Assembly: GCA_963770835.1 (NCBI GenBank)
Contig: CAVYRH010000026.1
Span: forward strand, 192,001 to 256,000
Length of the DNA: 64,000 nt
Direction: 5' to 3'
Source of the DNA: an uncultured Pseudomonadota bacterium
Lineage (GTDB): Bacteria; Oederibacteriota; Muellerivitia; Muellerivitales; Muellerivitaceae
Shown: one piece after another, positions 37,992-44,743 of the stretch
Layout: the number at the start of each line of letters is the position of its first letter
Position numbering within the stretch: position 1 is the first letter of the stretch
Translations under genes and position numbers: made by a program
Notes under the pieces: model-generated
What the model was told of the DNA's origin: nothing
The model's input: only the letters and a program-made list of their open reading frames with translations
The model's database searches: none

Positions 37992-39220
37992 AAGGCAGTT
38001 CACAGCCCACAGTCCAAAGTCGGCAACAAGGGCCCAAATGCAAAGTGGCGAAAGACCGGCTGTCGACTGTCGACTGCCGGCTGTCGACTTTGCTGGGAGT
38101 CCTTCTGCTTCTAACGCTGGCCTACCCGGCGTTGGGCGACCCGCGCGGGCAAGTGAGCCTGGGGGCCTCCCTGGACGGCTGGTCCTCCAATACTTCCCTC
38201 CCCTTTAATGGAACGGAGTTCTTCCTTCCCTTCACCTTTTCCTACGGGGTGGACCCCAACTGGTGGCTTTCGGGGCAGACTTCCTTCGCCGTGGGAAGCT
38301 ATACGGATTCGATCGAGGGAACCCGCACCCAAAACCTCTCCAACCTGACCGCCTCGACCCTCACTTCGGATTTCTACTTCAAGGGCTTCGACGTCCCCAA
38401 CATGGCCGAGATTTCCCTCACCCTGCCCACGGGCGACCCCTCTTGGGAAACCAAGCAGGTGGCCTCCAACATCCCGGCCATCTTCGTCAACAGCCGCTAC
38501 CAGGACGAGGGCTGGGGCGTGAGCGGCCTCTACGGCCTTTCCCTTTCCGCCGGGGCCAGTGTGGCATACGGAGTCTCCGTGGGATATTCCTTCGCGGGCC
38601 CGTACGACCCCTATTACGGCGGCCTTCCGGGGAACACGCTCAAGATCGGCGACTCCATTTTCGCCGCCTTCAACCGGACCGAAACACTGCCCGACAGCCA
38701 GTCCAATGTCTTCCGCCTCTGCGTCATGGCCTTCCTGCCCACCGACATCAACGGCCAGACGAACTTCCAGATGGGGCCCAACGGCAGCGCCTCCTATTCC
38801 TTCAACAACCCGGCGGGTTTTTCCTGGGGCGTGGGGGCCCAGATCTACACCCTGGCCAACCGGTACTATGTGAACACGGGCGGCGCGGTGGTTTACGGCG
38901 AGGAACCCTATGGGTCCTCAGGGGAACGCTTCAACTTTACGCCTTCCCTTGCCCTGGGCAACCTGACCCTGGGCGGCCTGCTGCAGTACGTCCAGGCCGA
39001 CGGCTACCCCATCAACGACTATTCGGGGCTGTATAACGGCGGAGGATTCGTCTTCGGCTTGACCCCCACCTACAACCTCAACCTGGACCCGGACTCGGCC
39101 CTGAACCTCAACGCCGGGTACGACTTCATCGTGGCGCACAACGCCTCCACGGGGTTCACCCAGGACGTGAATTACCAATACTGGGCCCTGGGGGCCAGCT
39201 ACTCGCTCAAGATTTACTAA
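37988..39220 (+). CDS. Outer-membrane beta-barrel protein
   Basis: ATGA-coupled to the FecR gene; signal peptide; ISLTLPTGD; C-terminal WALGASYSLKIY. Confidence 0.75.
   Translation: MKGSSQPTVQSRQQGPKCKVAKDRLSTVDCRLSTLLGVLLLLTLAYPALGDPRGQVSLGASLDGWSSNTSLPFNGTEFFLPFTFSYGVDPNWWLSGQTSFAVGSYTDSIEGTRTQNLSNLTASTLTSDFYFKGFDVPNMAEISLTLPTGDPSWETKQVASNIPAIFVNSRYQDEGWGVSGLYGLSLSAGASVAYGVSVGYSFAGPYDPYYGGLPGNTLKIGDSIFAAFNRTETLPDSQSNVFRLCVMAFLPTDINGQTNFQMGPNGSASYSFNNPAGFSWGVGAQIYTLANRYYVNTGGAVVYGEEPYGSSGERFNFTPSLALGNLTLGGLLQYVQADGYPINDYSGLYNGGGFVFGLTPTYNLNLDPDSALNLNAGYDFIVAHNASTGFTQDVNYQYWALGASYSLKIY
37997..38089. repeat. Inverted pair of heptamer tandem arrays inside the 5' end of a CDS
   Basis: AGTTCAC AGCCCAC AGTCCAA AGTCGGC ... 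ACCGGCT GTCGACT GTCGACT GCCGGCT GTCGACT. Confidence 0.65.
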
Positions 39221-39233
39221 AGGAAGGGTTTCC

Positions 39234-40160
39234 ATGAAACTAAAACATTGGCTCTTGACGGTGGGCTTGGTTCTCCTGGGGGGAATAGCCCTCATGGCCG
39301 GCTGTTCTTCCGAGCCCATGGCGCCCCAAAGGGCTGTGGCCTTAGGCATCACCTTGAATCCCCGCGACAACGTGCGAGCCGCCCTCCTGGGTTCGGCCGA
39401 AAACGAAATCCTTTACCGGGTGGACGGGGCAGGGGAGCCGGCGGAGCATTCCACCTACGGCCCCTTTTCGATGCCCGTTTCCTCCGGGGCAGTGTCTTTC
39501 ACGGTGAATGTCCCCCCGGGCAACGGACCACAGGTTTTGAGCCTCCAACTGAACAACGCCACTAGCCACCAGCCCCTGGCTGTCGGCGCCGCTTCCTTCG
39601 ATTTCGGCGCGGGCCTGGAGGGGGGATTGGTGGTGGACATGGGATCAGTCACGCGCACCTGCTACTACGTCAACACGGACAACCCGCCTTCCGGTTCCGC
39701 CAATCTTTATGGGAAAGGTTATAACTTCCTCTTCCAAACCGACGCCGTGAACGCCGCCGTCGTGGATTTGACGGTCGCCCAGTGCGCCACCTGCACACCC
39801 GCCAACGCCTTTTATTTCCTGGGCCCCGTGAACTCCAGCTTGCCCACCCCTGTGACGATCAGCGACATCGCCTACCTGGGCAATGGGAATTTGGTGGATT
39901 TCGATTCGGTCCCGCCCGCGGCCTCTTTTTATCCAACCTCCTTGGCCGCCAAACCGGGAGGGGCGCCCTTTCAGGCGGGGGACATTTATTGCATCCAATT
40001 GCAGACGGCCGGGGGAGGTCATGCCTGGGTCCAAATCACCGATATCGGCAACACCAACAGTTGGGGGCCGGCTTTCATTTACCGCGTCAACACTACCTAC
40101 CCTTATTACGCATACCAACAAACCACGGCTGACCTTAGTAATGCCTGTACTTCATATTAA
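39234..40160 (+). CDS. Hypothetical lipoprotein
   Basis: Lipobox MAGC; beta-rich with several Cys; AAAGGAAGG RBS. Confidence 0.8.
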   Translation: MKLKHWLLTVGLVLLGGIALMAGCSSEPMAPQRAVALGITLNPRDNVRAALLGSAENEILYRVDGAGEPAEHSTYGPFSMPVSSGAVSFTVNVPPGNGPQVLSLQLNNATSHQPLAVGAASFDFGAGLEGGLVVDMGSVTRTCYYVNTDNPPSGSANLYGKGYNFLFQTDAVNAAVVDLTVAQCATCTPANAFYFLGPVNSSLPTPVTISDIAYLGNGNLVDFDSVPPAASFYPTSLAAKPGGAPFQAGDIYCIQLQTAGGGHAWVQITDIGNTNSWGPAFIYRVNTTYPYYAYQQTTADLSNACTSY

Positions 40161-40240
40161 TTAGTAAGGAGAAACTTGGCTTCCTGAACGCGCCAAAAGA
40201 AATTGGTATCAGGTTCAATTCAATCTTAGAAGGTGGAGAG

Positions 40241-40861
40241 ATGAGGAAATTGGGAGTGTGGATGGCGGCGGTTCTTTTGGCCGCAACCGCTGGGATGGCC
40301 TGGGCGGACGCAGCGGGGGACGGAAGTAAAAACCTCAACCCCCAACCCTTGCCACCGGGGGCAAAGCAGCAAGCCACCGGCGATACCGCCGGCAACGGAG
40401 CCGACGATTTGAACCCCCAGCCCTATCCACCGAAGGGAAAACCGGGGAATGCCGACACCGATCCCAAAGTGGGAAAAGAAACCCTGGTGAATTTCGAAGA
40501 GGGGAATCCGGATAAGCCGATCGTCGCGGGCCAAGAGGGGAAAGGGATTTATTATTATTTCAACCATGGAGATTCGGGCCATAAGCTCATCACCGGGCAG
40601 GGAAATAACGCGGGGGTCACAACCAGTACCAAGCAAACTTCCATCAATGCCAAAGGGGCAAAATCGCACACGAAGGGCTCCATCGTCGTCATGGAAAAGG
40701 ACGGGAAAAAGGATGCCAAGTCGCCGAATGCCTCCATCTCGAATGGAACTAAGGGCCAATTTACCGGCGGCATCAAAAACAGTTTTCAAAAGGCCAACAC
40801 CGCCTTAAATGGGACCCCGCACAACGGAGCCATGGGCGACGGCTCCGTACGGGGCCAATAA
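40241..40861 (+). CDS. Secreted low-complexity motif-mosaic protein 1
   Basis: Signal peptide ending AWA; LNPQPLPPG and LNPQPYPP; PKVGKETLVNFEEGNPDKPIVAG; C-terminal MGDGSVR. Confidence 0.82.
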   Translation: MRKLGVWMAAVLLAATAGMAWADAAGDGSKNLNPQPLPPGAKQQATGDTAGNGADDLNPQPYPPKGKPGNADTDPKVGKETLVNFEEGNPDKPIVAGQEGKGIYYYFNHGDSGHKLITGQGNNAGVTTSTKQTSINAKGAKSHTKGSIVVMEKDGKKDAKSPNASISNGTKGQFTGGIKNSFQKANTALNGTPHNGAMGDGSVRGQ

Positions 40862-40936
40862 AGAAAGGGTGCCTCCCCCCGGGAGGAAGGGTTCGAAGAC
40901 TTTATGCGGTTTTATCAATTTTTAGGAGGTGGAGAG

Positions 40937-41431
40937 ATGAAGAAATTGGCAATGGCAATGGCGGTAGTTTTTTTTGCGGGAACAGCGGGATTTCTTTGGG
41001 CTGATGACTTGAATCCCCAGCCCTTGCCTCCGGGGGCCGCTGGGGGCAATGGCGGAGACCAAATGCACAAGGCCGGAGGGAGTAATTTGACGGCCGGGGA
41101 CAAGGCCCAAATCAGCGGCAACCTAACTGGCGGAACGGGGGGAGGGGCCGGGAAAGTCGGCAAGGTCAAAGGTTCCAAAAGCGCCTATTTCATGAAGTAT
41201 GACCAGAAAACAAACACCTACAGTAAATGGTCAAAGGTCAACGGCAAAACCGTTCCTTACACCGGCGGTGCGGGGGCGGGGAAAGTAACCCTCAACAACA
41301 GTACCATCAGTGGTAACGGTGGCAGTGGGCTCAAGAAGGCGGACGCCGTTGATAGCTTTTCGAAGGAAAATGGCCTCCAAAAACAAAATAGTTTAAATAA
41401 GAACGAGTTGGTCCCGGCGGTTAAAAATTAG
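40937..41431 (+). CDS. Secreted low-complexity motif-mosaic protein 2
   Basis: AGGAGG RBS; signal LWA; DDLNPQPLPPG; TGGAGAGKVTLNNSTISGN; C-terminal LVPAVKN. Confidence 0.85.
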   Translation: MKKLAMAMAVVFFAGTAGFLWADDLNPQPLPPGAAGGNGGDQMHKAGGSNLTAGDKAQISGNLTGGTGGGAGKVGKVKGSKSAYFMKYDQKTNTYSKWSKVNGKTVPYTGGAGAGKVTLNNSTISGNGGSGLKKADAVDSFSKENGLQKQNSLNKNELVPAVKN

Positions 41432-41462
41432 ATCCGACATTATTTCGTTAAAGGGGGAAGAA

Positions 41463-41930
41463 ATGAGAAAGCTATCAATCGCAGTGGCAGTGGCACTATC
41501 CGCGGGACCAGCAGGACTGGTTTGGGCTGATGACTTGAACCCCCAGCCCCTGCCGCCAGGGGTCCATTCACAGGGGGACGGCGGCAAATTGACTGCCGGG
41601 GACAAGACCCAGATCACCGGCAACCTGAAGGGCGGGACGGGGGCCGGGAAAAGCCTCCATAAGCAATCCAGTAAAACCTATTTCATTAAGTACAACAAAG
41701 CCACCAACACCTACAGTAAATGGATGAAGGCCAACGGCAAAACCGTTCCTTACACCGTCGGCAGCGCTACGGGCGGCGCGGGATCGGGAAAAGCAAGTCT
41801 CAACAACTCTACCATCAGTGGTAATAGCAAAGGGCTCGCGAAGCCGGAAGCCGTGGATGGTTTTTCGAAACAGAATGGCTTCGATAAGAGCAGTCCGGGC
41901 AACACCAATCTACCGGCGGTTCAAAAATGA
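41463..41930 (+). CDS. Secreted low-complexity motif-mosaic protein 3 (close paralogue of protein 2)
   Basis: Signal VWA; DDLNPQPLPPG; VGSATGGAGSGKASLNNSTISGN; C-terminal NLPAVQK. Confidence 0.85.
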   Translation: MRKLSIAVAVALSAGPAGLVWADDLNPQPLPPGVHSQGDGGKLTAGDKTQITGNLKGGTGAGKSLHKQSSKTYFIKYNKATNTYSKWMKANGKTVPYTVGSATGGAGSGKASLNNSTISGNSKGLAKPEAVDGFSKQNGFDKSSPGNTNLPAVQK

Positions 41931-42526
41931 GAAATTTCACGGCGGTGATGGCGGCGATCCTCTTCGCGGGAGCCGCCGCTCTTTGGGCGGACGATTCCGG
42001 CAGTGACCAGGGCCAAGCGGTCAGCCAGGCGGGGGCCGGCGTGACCAACGGCCAAAACCAGGGGGGAAACGGCTTTTCCGCCCCCCTCAAATCCCAGTTC
42101 AATACAGGTGCGGATAACTCCCCCAATCCGGCCAACCCCAACGGCGGCACCGGGTCGGCCGTGCCGAGCGGCCAAATCAATACCAGCCACCAACTGCTTC
42201 AAACCCAAATCCAGGCCGCCAATGGTACCGGAGCCGTCAACCCCGGCATCGTGAATCCCGGGGTCAAGGCCGCTGTCAATCCGGGGCCGCCACAGAATGG
42301 AATTGTAAATCCCGACGTTAAGGTCGGCGTCAATCCCGGACCGACCCAAAAACTCGGTTCCGCGAAGCTTTCCGGAAAGGGTTTGAAGCCCAAGTCCGGG
42401 AAGGGTTCACTGCCTAACGCCAAGGGGTTCTCGAAGGCTGCGGGTTTGAATAACGCCAACGGCCTTTCGAAGAACGTCATCAGCGGAGCCGGGGGAAACA
42501 CCAGCCTGCCGGCGGTCCAAAAATGA
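41927..42526 (+). CDS. Secreted low-complexity protein 4
   Basis: Signal LWA; VNPG repeats; C-terminal NVISGAGGNTSLPAVQK. Confidence 0.82.
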   Translation: MRNFTAVMAAILFAGAAALWADDSGSDQGQAVSQAGAGVTNGQNQGGNGFSAPLKSQFNTGADNSPNPANPNGGTGSAVPSGQINTSHQLLQTQIQAANGTGAVNPGIVNPGVKAAVNPGPPQNGIVNPDVKVGVNPGPTQKLGSAKLSGKGLKPKSGKGSLPNAKGFSKAAGLNNANGLSKNVISGAGGNTSLPAVQK

Positions 42527-42559
42527 ACGCGCCTCAACCCAGGTGCGATTGAAGTCCCC

Positions 42560-42590
42560 AAGCCCCGGGAGGTTTCCGGGGGCTTTTGTT
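42560..42590 (+). terminator. Probable intrinsic terminator or attenuator within the array
   Basis: AAGCCCCGGGA-loop-TCCGGGGGCTTTTG. Confidence 0.6.
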
Positions 42591-42605
42591 CCAGGAGAAT
42601 TCAGG

Positions 42606-43160
42606 ATGAAGAAACGGCTTCATTGGATAACCGCCCTGGTTTTGATGGGCTCACCCGTGTTTTTGTGGGCCGGCGTCCCCGATAACGGGGTTCCGGGCAA
42701 TGGTGTGCCGGAAAATGGAGTTAACTCGAACGGTGTCAACACGAACGGGCTTCCAAACAATGGAGTTCCCAATAATGGTGTTCCGGAAAATGGGGTTTCC
42801 AACGACAACGGCGGAGCGGGCGGGCCGATTACGGCTTCGGGCAATGTGAATCTTACCGCCTCAACATCGAGCTCCAATAAAGGCGAGGGTTCCAAGGAAG
42901 ACGGCGGAGGGGGCACTGGGGGCGGCAAAAAGGGAAAAAAGGGAAAACTGGTGGGAGTATCCAAATACAACAACGTCAAGCTCAACCGGGGAGTGGCGGC
43001 GAACAAGGGATTGGCGAATTGGGGCAATGGCAATTCCGGGGGCGTCACAGGCAAGGCATCCCTTACGGATAAAAACCCGATGATGGGCGCGAACGGATTC
43101 CAGAAAAACGGGACGGGTGGCCCCGGCGGAACCAACAACCTGCCGCCCGGACAGAAGTAA
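42606..43160 (+). CDS. Secreted low-complexity motif-mosaic protein 5
   Basis: Signal LWA; NGVP(E/N) pentapeptide repeats; GVSKYNNVKLNRGVAANKGLANW; C-terminal NNLPPGQK. Confidence 0.82.
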   Translation: MKKRLHWITALVLMGSPVFLWAGVPDNGVPGNGVPENGVNSNGVNTNGLPNNGVPNNGVPENGVSNDNGGAGGPITASGNVNLTASTSSSNKGEGSKEDGGGGTGGGKKGKKGKLVGVSKYNNVKLNRGVAANKGLANWGNGNSGGVTGKASLTDKNPMMGANGFQKNGTGGPGGTNNLPPGQK

Positions 43161-43186
43161 TCCCGATTGAAAGTGGAGGAAACATC

Positions 43187-43831
43187 ATGCTGAAATTATT
43201 GAAAATCACCGCGGCATTGGCCGTCCTTGGGGCTCCGGGCCTCCCCTTGGCGCAGACGCCGGTAAACGGCGCCCAGCCCCCGGTCGACACGGACCAGCAG
43301 GGCATCACTGGCACGGGCTCCCTTCCCAAGATGAAGCAAGCCGGAGGCGCCTCAGCGTCGGCCCCTGTCTATAACCAGAATCAACCGGGGAGCACGGCCC
43401 CGCAGGGTTTCGTTGGCACGGAAGGGGGCGCCTTGCCCAAGATGAAGCAGGCCGGAAGCGCGTCGGCGTCGGCTCCTGTCTATAACCAGAATCAACCGGG
43501 TGAGACGGTCCCGCAGGGCTTCGTCGGCACGGAAGGTGGCGCCCTTCCCAAGATGAAGCAGGCTGGAAGCGCCTCGGCTTCGGCGCCGGTCTATAACCAG
43601 AATCACCTGGGGAGCACGGTCCAAAAAACGACTTTCTCGGGAACGATCAAAAAAGGCAAATCCAAAGGCAGTCTTACAACAAAAGGCAGCAATTTAAAGA
43701 TGACGAAGTCCCTCCCCAGCATGAAGCAGGCCGGAAGCGCCTCGGCCACCGCGCCGGTTTACAACCAGAACCATTTTGGGGGGACGGCTCCCCGCCCGGT
43801 TCTCGGTAATTTACCGCCGAATTCGAAATAA
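43187..43831 (+). CDS. Secreted repeat protein 6
   Basis: Four copies of LP(K/S)MKQAG(G/S)ASA(S/T)APVYNQN, two followed by PQGFVGTEGG; C-terminal GNLPPNSK. Confidence 0.82.
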   Translation: MLKLLKITAALAVLGAPGLPLAQTPVNGAQPPVDTDQQGITGTGSLPKMKQAGGASASAPVYNQNQPGSTAPQGFVGTEGGALPKMKQAGSASASAPVYNQNQPGETVPQGFVGTEGGALPKMKQAGSASASAPVYNQNHLGSTVQKTTFSGTIKKGKSKGSLTTKGSNLKMTKSLPSMKQAGSASATAPVYNQNHFGGTAPRPVLGNLPPNSK

Positions 43832-43839
43832 ACTCGGTT

Positions 43840-43984
43840 TGTAACCTCTGAAAAAGGGTTTTGTAGGGGCGGCCCTCTGTGGCCGCCCGGCATAAAACCG
43901 TTAAAAACAAAGGCTGGGCGATCGCGGAGGATCGCCCCTACAACGGCTAAACCACACATCGAATCAAGTTTTTCAGAGGTTACA
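43840..43984. mobile_element. MITE-like element with 16-bp terminal inverted repeats containing a GTAG REP doublet
   Basis: TGTAACCTCTGAAAAA (43840-55) / TTTTTCAGAGGTTACA (43969-84); inside, GTAGGGGCGGCC..GGCCGCCC and GGGCGATC..GATCGCCCCTAC (43863-43941). Confidence 0.8.
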
Positions 43985-44014
43985 GTTTAAGAATAATTAC
44001 CAAAAGGAGAGGTT

Positions 44015-44728
44015 ATGAAAAAGATCTTGGGAATAGCAGTGAGCCTGGCCTTGCTGGGCCCGGCCGGAATGGTTTGGGCCGACCAGCCCGCGGGGGCTCC
44101 GAACCTCAACAACAACACGATGACCGGCATGGACAAGATGAAGATGCCCAAAGACCCCACCTCAGGCGCTGGCGGCAATGGAAAAGGTTCCAGCATACCA
44201 AAAACCTCGGGCGCGGGCGGCAACGGAAAAGGTTCCGGTAATAAGGATACCGGTTCCGCAACGGATGCCAAAAAAGGGAAGAAGGGCGGAATCCAGGATA
44301 CGGTTTCCGCGGCGGATGGCAAAAAAGGGAAGAAGGGTGGAATCCAGGATACGGTTTCCGCGGCGCATCCCCAAAAAGGGAAGGGCTCCAAGGGGAAAGG
44401 TAAGAATGGAAATACCTTGGTGGCCAATTCCAACGGCCGTGGGGTAACGACAGGGGGCACCAATCCGGCCGGCGGGCCGACAACCACCGGCAGCAATCCC
44501 ACCGGCGGCAATCCCAACAATCCGAACAACCCCAATAACCCGAATAATCCGAACAATCCTACCGGAGGCAACCCGGCTGGGGGTCCGACGACCAACGGGA
44601 GCAACCCTCCTGGCACCAATCCAAATAATCCCAACAACCCAAATAACCCCACGGGAGGCAATCCGAACAACCCGGCCGGGGGCCCTGCCACTGGAGGCGG
44701 TAACGTACCGGGTACCGCGGCGCATTAA
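44015..44728 (+). CDS. Secreted low-complexity protein 7
   Basis: AAGGAGAGG RBS; signal VWA; PK..SGAGGNGKG x2, KKGKKGGIQDTVSAA x2, NNP tandem runs. Confidence 0.82.
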   Translation: MKKILGIAVSLALLGPAGMVWADQPAGAPNLNNNTMTGMDKMKMPKDPTSGAGGNGKGSSIPKTSGAGGNGKGSGNKDTGSATDAKKGKKGGIQDTVSAADGKKGKKGGIQDTVSAAHPQKGKGSKGKGKNGNTLVANSNGRGVTTGGTNPAGGPTTTGSNPTGGNPNNPNNPNNPNNPNNPTGGNPAGGPTTNGSNPPGTNPNNPNNPNNPTGGNPNNPAGGPATGGGNVPGTAAH

Positions 44729-44743
44729 ACCACCGCGGTTTTG

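Noticed and set aside
37221..44728. A genuine T6SS, eCIS or prophage tail cluster
   Set aside because: Only 7-25 aa fragments resemble Hcp, VgrG or gp19. They sit in Sec-signal proteins, and no sheath, baseplate or full tube gene is present.
40241..44728. RiPP biosynthetic gene cluster
   Set aside because: No radical SAM, YcaO, lanthipeptide, ATP-grasp or peptidase-transporter gene is adjacent, and the proteins have Sec signals rather than RiPP leaders.
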